DNA from: Octopus sinensis | Taxonomy: Eukaryota | Direction: 5' to 3' | Length of the DNA stretch: 10,998 nt | Assembly (NCBI RefSeq): GCF_006345805.1 | Contig: NW_021827191.1 | Coordinates: 1-10,998, forward strand | Part shown: one piece after another, positions 1 to 7,920 of the stretch | How the letters are laid out: each line of letters starts with the position of its first letter | How positions within the stretch are numbered: the first letter of the stretch is position 1 | Made by a program: the position numbers and the translations under genes | The notes under the pieces: model-generated | What the model was told of the DNA's origin: nothing | The model's database searches: none | Seen by the model: only the letters and a program-made list of their open reading frames with translations

Positions 1-19
1 GCTGGAATATGGATAACAA

Positions 20-419
20 AACAGTTCATACTGCGTTGTTTTAACTGTTTCTTCTTACCGATCGGATTTGCAAAATGGCTGTTTCTTCTTGCTACTCAGC
101 TTGTCCCGATAATCCTAGCTTTCCCCATAACGTCATTTGAATATTCATTAATATGCCAAGTGTTCAAATAATTAACACTTTAAACGTAAAATTATAGTCA
201 GAATAGAGGAGAGGCTAGGTTCGAAAGCGTTATCTATTGATTTTCTTCGTGTTGGTTCTTGGAAAAGAAAAAAACCACATCTGCAGGGAGTTAACTTCCA
301 AGACTACACGCGATTTTTCCTTTCTGTTTCAAATAACTATATTTGGGTTTGAAGTGTTTGCATTTGATAGAAGTCGTGATAAGAATGTCCCATCAATATT
401 TCGTGTGTTGATTTTCTAA
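20..419 (-). pseudogene. Decayed C-terminal restriction-like endonuclease (RLE) region of a non-LTR retrotransposon (R4/Dong- or NeSL-like)
   Basis: Manual minus-strand translation across stops and frameshifts: ENQHTKY*WDILITTSIKCKHFKP/NIVI*NRKEKSRVVLEVN/(C)PADV ... LLYSDYNFTFKVLII*TLG ... GKLGLS ... ILQIRSV. This follows the RLE pattern W(D/N)xxIxT..KHxKPDIVIW..K.K...(I/V)EVSCPxD...LYPDYxF...I.GxLG. Clade assignment is from recalled motifs, not a search. Confidence 0.7.
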
Positions 420-434
420 GCATTTTATGACAGA

Positions 435-659
435 ACCTATTTCTTTACTACCCACAAGGGGCTAAACATAGAAGGGACAAACAAGGACAGACATAGGTAT
501 TAAGTCGATTACATCGACCCCAGTGCGTAACTGGTACTTAATATATTGACCCCGAAAGGATGACAGGCAAAGTCGACCTCGGCGGAATTTGAACTCAGAA
601 CGTAGCGGCAGACGAAATACCGTTAAGCATTTCGCCCGGCGTGCTAACGATTCTGCCAG
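435..659 (-). mobile_element. tRNA-derived SINE, family A (tRNA-like head + GTCGACTTTGCCTTTCATCCTTTCGGGGTCGAT central domain + tail 1)
   Basis: Reverse complement is colinear with 7921-8155 (CTGGCAGAATCGTTAGCACG ... GAGTTCAAATTCC B-box-like ... GTGGGTAGTAAAGAAATAGGT). The first ~10 nt of the head are missing. Confidence 0.85.
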
Positions 660-732
660 AACCGTTGCTTGTATTTATCACAAGGTAGTCTTTTCTGCAG
701 ATTACATTTTTTTATCTTTCTTTCTTTTTCAG

Positions 733-953
733 CTTTTATTTGTTTCAGTCATTAGACCATGGCCATGCTAGGATACTGCTTTGAAGAATTTTTAGCGAAG
801 GAATCGACTCCCGGTACTTTCTGTTAAAAAAGTGGTACTTATTCTGTCGGTTTCTTTTGCCGAACTACAAGGTTACGGGGACATAAACACACACAACACC
901 GGTTGTTGTGTTTATGGGAGAGGGATGAACACAAGCACAAAGACACACACGTA
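733..953 (-). mobile_element. Family B SINE 3' tail, diverged, head absent
   Basis: Homologous to 2375-2600 (tgtttcagtcatt ... ggccatgct ... gtacttattct ... taaacac ... acacacac) and ends at the internal (TA)n linker. Confidence 0.75.
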
Positions 954-954
954 C

Positions 955-960
955 ATATAT

Positions 961-1003
<43 letters not shown>
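955..1003. repeat. (TA)n microsatellite
   Basis: Near-perfect TA array with two single-base slips. Confidence 0.95.
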
Positions 1004-1263
1004 AGGGCAACAACCCTGAAACATGTCTGCAGATGTCTGACTAGCAAGGTGAGGCGGCTGACCTCCCCTGTTCGAAGTTTGTAATGGACGCAGGTTCATG
1101 TGTCATATAGCTAGCTAGAGGCGATGGCCTCTTGGAGCTAATCAGCGACAGCTTTAGTCTTATATTTATAGACTACCATATTAGTATGGCGATAACTATT
1201 AATATCCAGTAACGCTGCCGTAATCTCCTTTAGAGAGACTTAGTAATTTTAATATTTCTATTT
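1004..1263 (+). mobile_element. ~260-bp (TA)n-flanked element starting with a 5'-truncated hammerhead motif (Penelope-like terminal repeat candidate)
   Basis: AGGG-caacaa-CCCT hairpin + GAAAC-AT-GTC + tgcag at 1004-1032. Bounded by (TA)n at 955-1003 and 1265-1284. The CUGANG part of the core is absent. Confidence 0.45.
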
Positions 1264-1439
1264 TATATATATATATATATATATCAGTGGCGAAGAAAGA
1301 CTAGGAAACTAGGGCACGAAGTCCACCCCTACCACACTGAGGTTGGGAGAATTTGTGAGTGTTCCACCCTCCCCCGTGAAAAGAGTAGTACTATATGCTT
1401 TGAGATATGGGGTGTCTGAAAATGAAAATAGTTTCCCCC

Positions 1440-1712
1440 TAAGTACCAGTTACGCACTGGGATCGATATAATCGACTTAATCCGTTTGTCTATCCTTGTT
1501 TGTCCTCTCTGTGTTTAGCCCCTTGTGGGTAGTAAAGAAATAGGTATTTTGTCTGCCGTTACGTTCTGAGTTCAAATTCCGCCGAGGTCGACTTTTGCCT
1601 TTTAACCTTTCGGGGTCGATAAATTAAGTACCAGTTGTGTACATGGGTCGATCTAATTGACTGGCCCACTTCCCAAAAATTTCGGGCCTTTTGCCTAGAG
1701 TAGAAAAGATTA
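1440..1712 (+). mobile_element. Family A SINE, 5'-truncated dimeric copy (tail 1 + partial head + central domain + tail 2)
   Basis: 1440-1545 matches 8049-8155. It continues through GGTATTTTGTCTGCCGTTACGTTCTGAGTTCAAATTCCGCCGAGGTCGAC into a second central domain and a different tail (cccacttcccaaaaatttcgggccttttgcctagagtagaaaag). Confidence 0.85.
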
Positions 1713-1797
1713 GTTCGCAAAATATTTTTGAGACTGCCCCGGAGTTAACTTTGATTAGCTCGTTTCAATAAGTGTTTGTTTTTTCTTTTTTCTCTTT

Positions 1798-1845
1798 TGC
1801 ACAGACCTTTTGAAACATTGGCAACACCTCATCTTCAGTTCCGCA
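1798..1845 (-). ncRNA. Possible degenerate hammerhead motif
   Basis: Minus strand: tgcggaa-CTGAAGA-T-GAGGTGTT gcc AATGTTTC-AAAA-G-GTC-tgtgca. Stem II needs four G.U pairs, G12 is mutated, stem III is defective and stem I is imperfect. Confidence 0.3.
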
Positions 1846-2108
1846 CCAATCCTTCACGCATGAGGTCGTGTGCCACACCTACTATTGTTTAACTAGGATA
1901 TTCAAAACAAATCGACAAAACTCCTTGAAATTCTACCAAAAATCGTGTAGCTGTCCGATTCTTTTTCTTTTTCCTGAGTTTATAGAAAAGATTTGGAACT
2001 CCTTTTTATGAAAATTATTATCGAATAAAAAAAGCTTTCCGCCTATTAATTGCCGCACAAAATCTTTGAAATGGAATTATTCCCACTCCTGATATCGAAG
2101 CTATATTG

Positions 2109-2330
2109 AGGCGGCGAGCAGGCTGAGTCATTAGCAAGACGGGGAGACGCTTTGCAGTACTTCACCCACACTTGCGCTTTGAGTTCAAATTCCGCCGGGG
2201 TCGACTTTAACTTTCATCTGTTCAGGTTCGATAAATTAAGTACCAGTCAAGCAATGTGGTCGATGTAATTAATCGACTAGAGCCATTTCCCCAAAATTTC
2301 AGTTCTTGTGACTGCGTTAGAACGGAATAT
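2109..2330 (+). mobile_element. Family A-related SINE monomer with tail 2, diverged
   Basis: Head AGGCGGCGAGCAGGCTGAGTCATTAGC, GAGTTCAAATTCCGCCGGGGTCGACTTT, GATAAATTAAGTACCAGT, and tail ccccaaaatttcagttcttgtg resembling 1670-1710. Confidence 0.8.
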
Positions 2331-2374
2331 CGTGGCCATATTAAACCATGCTTATTTTTCAAGAACATCTTATA

Positions 2375-2609
2375 TACTCTTTTACTCTTTTACTTGTTTC
2401 AGTCATTTGACTGCGGCCATGCTGGAGCACCGCCTTTTAGTCGAGCAAATCGACCCCAGGACTTATTCTTTGTAAGCCTAGTACTTATTCTATCGGTCTC
2501 TTTTGACGAACTGCTATGTTTACGGGGGCGTAAACACACCAGCATCGCTTGTCAGCGATGTTGGAAGGAAACTAACACAGACACACACAACCCACACACA
2601 AATATATAT

Positions 2610-2643
<34 letters not shown>

Positions 2644-2781
2644 ATATATATATACATATATACGACGGGATTCTTTCAGTTTCCGTCTACCAAATCCACT
2701 CACAAGGCTTTGGTCGGTCCGAGGCTATAGCAGAAGACACTTGCCCAAGGTGCCATGCAGTGGGACTGAACCCAGAACCAT
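2375..2781 (-). mobile_element. Family B SINE (tRNA-like head, CORE-like domain, internal (TA)n, 3' tail); 5' part of head missing
   Basis: Minus strand reads GGTTCTGGGTTCAGTCCCACTGCATGGCACCTTGGGCAAGTGTCTT. ACCTTGGGCAAGT matches the MIR/CORE motif GACCTTGGGCAAGT. Then (TA)n at ~2603-2661 and a tail ending in (aaaagagta)-like repeats. Homologous to 3662-3820, 4674-4798 and 8426-8899. Confidence 0.9.
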
Positions 2782-3132
2782 AGAAACAAAATCAGAAAAA
2801 AATTTTAAAAACGATATTTTTTTTGTGGAGTCTAACACGGTAAAGCTTATTAAAAAAAAGGCATCAGTCAGATCATTCTAATTTTTTTGGTTTTTTTGCA
2901 ATTTATAATTATAACAGCAGTTATAACAGCTTCCTCGACTTTTTATAGTATCTTATGTCTCACTGTAGTAAAAATAAAATATACAAGACAAAATAAATTT
3001 TGATCGTTTTTTTTTTGTTAAAAACAAAACAATAGGTACTTTTTTTAAAAGAATTTTACTTGTGTCATATTTTATTTTTTAAGTACGGTTGGCCACAAGT
3101 GAAAAACATTTATCAGCGCCGATATAACTTCA

Positions 3133-3172
3133 CCGATTAAATCCATTTAACGCCGATTAAATCCATTTATCG
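3133..3172 (+). repeat. 20-bp tandem duplication
   Basis: ccgattaaatccatttaacg / ccgattaaatccatttatcg (19/20 identical), directly upstream of the Tigger fragment. Confidence 0.9.
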
Positions 3173-3176
3173 TTAA

Positions 3177-3662
3177 AATGTCGACGAAACTGGACTATTC
3201 TGGAAAAAAAAATGTCAACAAAAACTTTTCTAGCAAGAAATGAGGTGACGACACCAGGTTATAAAGCACTCAGGGATAGATTAACACTTCTACTCGGAGG
3301 TAATGCCAAAGTTGAATGCAAATTAAAACCGATGCTAATTTATCGTACAATGAACCCAAGTGCATTAAAAGGCAGTAACAAGCAATCCCTTTCAGTAATT
3401 TGAAAACCGAATAAAAGTGCTTCGGTTAGAAAACAGTTGTCTGAAGAATGGTTCACTATGCATTTTTGTTCCACATTTGAAGAATATTGCAAAAATAACA
3501 AACAATAATAATTCAAATTTCAAAGTTCTTTTAATTTTAGATAATACCCTTGGGCATCTCACTTCAGTTAATTATTAGATTTGGAAAATGTTAGAGAATT
3601 ATTGGAATCGCTTCAAAATATGAAAAAAATAATAACTAAATAATGACGATCTTCTTGAAATG
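3177..3662 (+). pseudogene. Tigger/pogo-family DDE transposase remnant, internally deleted
   Basis: NVDETGLFWKK/MSTKTFLARNEVTTPGYKALRDRLTLLLGGNAKVECKLKPMLIYRTMNPSALKGSNKQSLSVI*KPNKSA...EEWFTMHFCSTFEEYCKNN/NFKVLLILDNTLGH, then DLENVRELLES.../NDDLLEM. It matches TIGD/Tigger motifs DETGL(Y/F)W, KDRLTLLL, KLKP(M/L)LI, W..N.KAW and LL.LDNAPGH. Several frameshifts and stops are present. Confidence 0.85.
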
Positions 3663-3820
3663 AGCTTCTTTCAGTTTCGATCTACAAAATCCACTCACAA
3701 GGCTTTGGTCAGTCCGAGGCTATAGTAAAAGACACTTGGCCAAGGTGCCAGGCAGTCGGACTGAACCCGGAACCGTATGGTTGGGGAGCAAGCCTCTTAC
3801 CACACAGCCACTCTTGCACC
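3662..3820 (-). mobile_element. Family B SINE head + CORE-like domain (no tail)
   Basis: Minus: GGTGCAAGAGTGGCTGTGTGGTAAGAGG (A-box-like) ... GGTTCCGGGTTCAGTCC (B-box-like) ... GCACCTTGGCCAAGTGTC ... GGAAACTG-like end. It abuts the Tigger remnant. Confidence 0.85.
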
Positions 3821-4333
3821 TATATATACCTTATTTATATTGAAATTCCCTCTACAATCTCTATTCAATTTATTCTTCTATTACAATAATTCTATTTACC
3901 TACTCTATCTTACCTCCAACCGACCTGTAAAGCCCTCGCCTGAACACATGAAAATACAAATCATAAATAGTATCATTCAGTCTGCTATAATGAATCCATA
4001 AACAAGCATATAAAACATTTAAGAGTATTTTTTTTTGTTCACTCTGAAGATATTATGCTCAGAAATATGAAATTAATATTCAATTAATTCACTGCGTATA
4101 ATTGAAACAGCTGTAAAGGAAAATGTTAGATTTGTTGTTGATAATACACTCTTATTAACTTCACCATCTCCATTTCTCTTTTTTTTCCTTTATATGAATG
4201 TAAACTACAGGTTTTTATATACAACACCTATTATTTTAAGGAAATCTATTGCCCCCAAAATATTGGGTATTGAACCAGTATTTCCTTGGATGATAACATC
4301 CTTTCATGAGGCTAACATAACCTCTAATCGAAT

Positions 4334-4336
<3 letters not shown>

Positions 4337-4390
<54 letters not shown>

Positions 4391-4417
4391 GCGATTTTTA
4401 TTCTACGTCTTCCCTTC

Positions 4418-4450
<33 letters not shown>
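4337..4450. repeat. Two (TA)n arrays enclosing a 29-bp shortened copy of the adjacent element start
   Basis: (TA)n 4337-4386; tggcgatttttattctacgtcttcccttc 4389-4417; (TA)n 4418-4450; then tggcgattttcgttct...gtcttcccttcc from 4452. Confidence 0.9.
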
Positions 4451-4451
4451 T

Positions 4452-4646
4452 TGGCGATTTTCGTTCTCCTTCTTTCTCTGTCTTCCCTTCCTTGGACTTT
4501 TCTTTTTTCTATATTTCTGACGAAGAACTCCGCTCGAAACGTTAAATCTTCTTCTCTCTCTCTCTCCTTTCCTGAGCGTCAATAACACTATACTTGTTCC
4601 ACGTCTCGCGTTGTTGTATTTTCTCTTTGTTCATGTTTGGATTAAC
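4452..4646 (+). mobile_element. ~195-bp (TA)n-flanked hammerhead-bearing element (Penelope-like terminal repeat candidate)
   Basis: Contains the hammerhead motif at 4513-4547, is pyrimidine-rich, and is bounded by TA arrays on both sides. Confidence 0.6.
4513..4547 (+). ncRNA. Minimal type I hammerhead ribozyme motif, near intact
   Basis: ATTT-CTGACGA-A-GAAC tcc GCTC-GAAA-CGT-T-AAAT. Stem I ATTT/AAAT, core CUGACGA, stem II 3 of 4 pairs (A.C mismatch), GAAA, palindromic AACGTT stem III, predicted GUU cleavage after 4543. Confidence 0.65.
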
Positions 4647-4673
4647 TATATATATTATATAATATATATATAT

Positions 4674-4798
4674 GACAGTTCAGTCTCCGTCTATAGGCTA
4701 TAGTAGAAGATACTTGCCCAAGGTGCTAGGCAGTGGGACTGAACCCGGAACCATGTTGTTGGGAGCAGGCTTCTTTCCGCACAGCCACGTCTGCTCCT
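4674..4798 (-). mobile_element. Family B SINE head + CORE-like domain with internal deletion
   Basis: Matches 3662-3820 and 2662-2781 (aagatacttgcccaaggtgc ... gggactgaacccggaaccat ... cacagccac) and lacks the ccaaatccactcacaaggctttgg block. Confidence 0.8.
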
Positions 4799-5174
4799 TG
4801 TATATTTGTTTTAGCAACAACATCACGTCATAATGGAAGAGAATGCCTCGATGACATTTTTCGGCAGCAGCTGGTCGCTAATGTTATGTTCAGCACAGAA
4901 AAGTAACGTAATCGATATTTACGATGGCATTTGGGGAATTTAAATACTTCATTTTCTCGTTTATTCATGAAATATTTCATTGCTATCTCCTGCCACCGGA
5001 TTGCAAATGCATAATTTTCGTGATGTGACGTGCTGTAACGGTCACGACTCCAAGAGAGGCTACACTTCATGTTTATATTATAACCCACCTTATGTTTAAG
5101 GAAAACGTATTCATACATCACTTTTTTTACGGTGCACAGTTTTCTCTTGCTAATCTTTGCTCAATAATGTATTA

Positions 5175-5226
5175 TGTGTGTACGTATATATGTGTGTATG
5201 TATATATATATATATATATATGTATG
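5175..5226. repeat. Mixed (TG)/(TA)/(TATG) microsatellite
   Basis: atgtgtgtacgtatatatgtgtgtatgtatatata... Confidence 0.85.
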
Positions 5227-5417
5227 AATACTAAGTAATTAAGGGTTTAGCAACGATTTGCCTCACCACACACCGAATTTAGAAATAGCAGTCAAAGAGT
5301 TTGGGCTATTCTTTCTACTTAAAAGGGAGATCTCAGTAAAACCACAGCACTTAGAAGGCAAACAACGCAGGCAAAAGAGAAAGAAATGACGACAATCATT
5401 CTATATTAAGTCACCTA

Positions 5418-5508
5418 CATATGCATGATGTATGTGTGTATGTATATATGCATGCATGTGTGAGTGTGTATCTATGTATGTATAGTTGTATGTGTATATG
5501 TATGTATA
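5418..5508. repeat. Degenerate (TATG)/(TG) microsatellite
   Basis: catatgcatgatgtatgtgtgtatgtatatatgcatgcatgtgtgagtgtgtatctatgtatgta... Confidence 0.8.
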
Positions 5509-5533
5509 AAAAAGAACACAAGGGGGTTTAAAG

Positions 5534-5615
5534 TTTACGATAGCTGTTTTGGTTGAATTTTATTGATGTATTCACAGATTACATCATAGTATAGAATCCA
5601 CCATCTTCAGGCAAA
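5534..5615 (-). ncRNA. Decayed type I hammerhead motif with extended stem II
   Basis: Minus: tttgc-CTGAAGA-T-GGTGGATT..TGATGTA atctgtgaa TACATCA..ATTCAACC-AAAAC-AGCT-ATC-gtaaa. Stem I 5 bp (one G.U), basal stem II 6/8, apical 7-bp perfect hairpin. Two G-to-A changes (GAAAC to AAAAC, GTC to ATC) break the core and the ACAGCTGT palindrome. Confidence 0.55.
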
Positions 5616-5681
5616 ACTATAAGCAAGTACACACATTGAGATAATTTGGTGATGCCGAATCCAACTAACATTTCTGAATAA

Positions 5682-5743
5682 GTATGTATGTATGTATGTA
5701 TGTATGTATGTATGTATGTATGTATGTATGTATGTATGTATGT
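5682..5743. repeat. (GTAT)n microsatellite
   Basis: About 15 perfect units. Confidence 0.95.
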
Positions 5744-5779
5744 GAGACCCCAGGTTTTTGTGGAAGCATCCCTCTAGGA

Positions 5780-6124
5780 CAGTGGCTCTCATCCCGGGTC
5801 TATAAGGCCCCTGAGGGTACATATAAGATTTGGAGAGGGACCACGTAGCAAAATCGTAAATTAGAAATCCAAGATAGTATTGTAAGGGCCCCTGAAAAAA
5901 ATGCTGCTTTGGACGTATATGTTGGTATGTATTGCAAGAATTAGATTTCTTCCTCTCAAAATTCAACCTTCACAAGTTAATGTGTGAGAAAAACAAAATA
6001 GGGATTTTGAAAGAAATTTCTATAAAACTAGTTTTTAAACATCGAATGGCTATGAGGATCCACCAGAATTGAATAGTAATCAAATGGGTGCAGAGATAAA
6101 AAAAAAATGGCTTGGAAACCCTTG
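5780..6124. mobile_element. hAT (Charlie-like) non-autonomous DNA transposon/MITE, ~345 bp
   Basis: Left end CAGTGGCTCTCATCCCGGGTC...GGCCCCTGAGGG and right end AAAAAATGGCTTGGAAACCCTTG form imperfect TIRs of the CAG(T/G)GG..TC(T/C)CAA type. The 8-bp flanks ctctagga / ttttagag both centre on TAG (hAT-Charlie target preference) but match only 4/8. Confidence 0.65.
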
Positions 6125-6330
6125 TTTTAGAGTGACTTGCGGTAGTCTTTCCGACATTCTGCGCTCTCAGTTCAAAAGTCCTTGAAATAACAATAACGCT
6201 CTAATCTTTGATACTACGCCTATCAAAGGACTTTCCTGTTAGCTAGTTTAGAACCACACGTTGTTAGAGCTATTCTACATTTTTCACGAGAATATTTGAT
6301 TTCACTAAAATTTTGTAATGAAAGAAATAA

Positions 6331-6354
6331 TCTATCTATCTGTCTGCCTGTCTG

Positions 6355-6424
<70 letters not shown>

Positions 6425-6450
6425 CATCTTTGTATGTTTGTTTGTTTCTT

Positions 6451-6508
<58 letters not shown>

Positions 6509-6534
6509 CATCTTTGTATGTTTGTTTGTTTCTT

Positions 6535-6596
<62 letters not shown>

Positions 6597-6622
6597 CATC
6601 TTTGTATGTTTGTTTGTTTCTT

Positions 6623-6667
<45 letters not shown>
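6331..6667. repeat. (TCTA)n microsatellite with a higher-order 84/88-bp repeat
   Basis: Identical 28-bp interruption ccatctttgtatgtttgtttgtttcttt at 6424, 6508 and 6596, separated by TCTA runs. Confidence 0.95.
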
Positions 6668-6784
6668 GTGTTCTTTTTTTCTTTTCCTTTTTTTCTTTTT
6701 TTCTTCTTTTTTTTGTTCTTTTTTCCCTTTTACGATCCCTTTTGATCGAAAACCTACGCCACCCTTTTTTTCTCCCCCAAAAGA

Positions 6785-6843
6785 AAAGCTCTACCTTGTA
6801 ACTTGTCCCATCTGTGTGCAGCCCTGTGTGGCCAATAAAGAAA
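6785..6843 (+). mobile_element. Isolated retroelement 3' end similar to family A tail 1
   Basis: ccttgtaacttgtcccatctgtgtgcagccctgtgtggccaataaagaaa aligns with ccttgtttgtcccttctgtgtgtagcctcttgtgggcagtaaagaaa (8104-8150). Confidence 0.5.
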
Positions 6844-6852
6844 CTTATCTAT

Positions 6853-6966
6853 GTGTGTGTGTGTGTGTGTGTATGTGTGTGTGTGTGTGTGTGTATGTGT
6901 GTGTGTGTGTATGTGTGTGTGTGTGTGTGTGTCTGTGTTTGTCCCTCACCATCGCTTGACAGCCGT
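6853..6966 (+). repeat. (TG)n microsatellite followed by the start of a family B SINE tail
   Basis: TG array to ~6932, then gtctgtgtttgtccctcaccatcgcttgacagccgtgt, the reverse complement of the tail segment at 8594-8630. Confidence 0.8.
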
Positions 6967-7212
6967 GTCAGGATCCCCCCCCCATTCAGCAGCCGTCCAA
7001 CAGTAATCGCAACACCAAACAGTCGCTTATCGCGTAACTCGAACTGGCCACTGGAAACGAAGTTTATGCACCATGCAATGGTAGTCAACCATATTTAAAA
7101 TCGTAATTGACTCAACACTTATACACCATTTATTATTCACAGGGTTGACAAATAAAGTTCCACTCATGTAATGGAATCGATTTTCTGCCTATTTTCTCGT
7201 ACTTTCTCATTT

Positions 7213-7307
<95 letters not shown>

Positions 7308-7440
7308 GTATCTATTTATCTATCTATCTATCTGTCTATCTATCTATCTATCAATCTCTCACTCTCTCTTTCTCTCTATCTCTATGTATCTCTCTATCTA
7401 TCTATCTCCCCCCTCTCTCTTTCTCTCCTCGTCTCCTTTC
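7213..7440. repeat. Compound (CT)n/(TATC)n microsatellite
   Basis: CT run, long TATC run, then degenerate CT-rich tract. It truncates the mariner fragment. Confidence 0.95.
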
Positions 7441-7449
7441 TTCATCTTC

Positions 7450-7918
7450 CCCTTCGAAATTCCGCCAAACAGACATCACCTTCTGTTTAAACTGTCCTTG
7501 TTTGACAACAGGTTCAACAGGTTCTAAAGCCTGGCTGGAATGAAGTTACTGATATCTCTTATCAGTATTACGAAAATAGATCCCTTTTACATCCCCAATT
7601 GCAATTCGATGCCAATAAAACAAGCAATCTAGAATTCCCCTGCCGTTGTCTGCAGATATTCACAGATCGTTGAGCCTGGCCAATGGTCAGTTCATGAGGA
7701 GCTTCTCGACAGCGTTTTTTCGCAAGGTTGACCTTATGGAGGTGCCGAGTGATGGTGCTTTGTGAAGGACTGAGTTATACTGACAATGTACGAGTACTTA
7801 TGCTTCGTTTTTGCTCAATCGTTTCAAACAAAGCCTAATCTTTCACAGCTGAATGTCTCCCTGACCTTGGCTTGTCTTTGAGGCCGATGTTACCTTCCTT
7901 GAAACATATGAGCCTGAA
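7450..7918 (-). pseudogene. Mariner transposase remnant (second HTH, linker, start of catalytic domain)
   Basis: CFKEGNIGLKDKPRSGRHSAVKD*ALFETIEQKRSISTRTLSV*LSPSQSTITRHLHKVNLAKKRCREAPHELTIGQAQRSVNICRQ.../[54 protein letters not shown]. It matches mariner motifs D.PRSGRP, WVPHEL, RIVTGDEKW and KVML.VWW..EG. Three stops and one frameshift. Confidence 0.9.
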
Positions 7919-7920
7919 TA

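Noticed and set aside
1285-1439. CAGTGGCG start resembling a DNA-transposon TIR
   Set aside because: No matching right TIR or TSD in the window (truncated by the SINE at 1440), so it cannot be classified.
1780-1890. Strong polypyrimidine tract + CAG at 1804 as a host-gene exon
   Set aside because: No convincing donor, short frames and no recognisable peptide.
2790-3130. AT-rich tract with MITE-like texture
   Set aside because: No TIR pair, TSD or second copy in the window; left unassigned.
3441-3447. CTGAAGA motif
   Set aside because: It is part of the Tigger coding remnant (SEEWF) with no downstream hammerhead elements.
4044-4066. CTGAAGA...GAAA hammerhead-like core
   Set aside because: No stem II pairing, no stem III and no stem I complement.
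839-4588. ORFs containing YIYIYI runs (839-1099, 865-1047, 2256-2621, 2503-2730, 4194-4520, 4388-4585, 4403-4588)
   Set aside because: They are read-through of (TA)n and SINE sequence, with no protein-family motifs.
6424-6623. Three identical 28-bp repeats at regular spacing, superficially CRISPR-like
   Set aside because: The 'spacers' are all (TCTA)n, the context is eukaryotic and there are no cas genes.
7140-7165. CAGGGTTGACAAATAAAG, a Tc1/mariner-like TIR that might close the mariner element
   Set aside because: Preceded by CA rather than TA, and no inverted partner near 8340-8420.
6296-7527. Long ORFs rich in LSIY, CV or HT repeats (6296-6745, 6318-6959, 6430-6801, 6849-7088, 7171-7527)
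   Set aside because: They are stop-free readings of (TCTA)n, (TG)n and (CT)n microsatellites.
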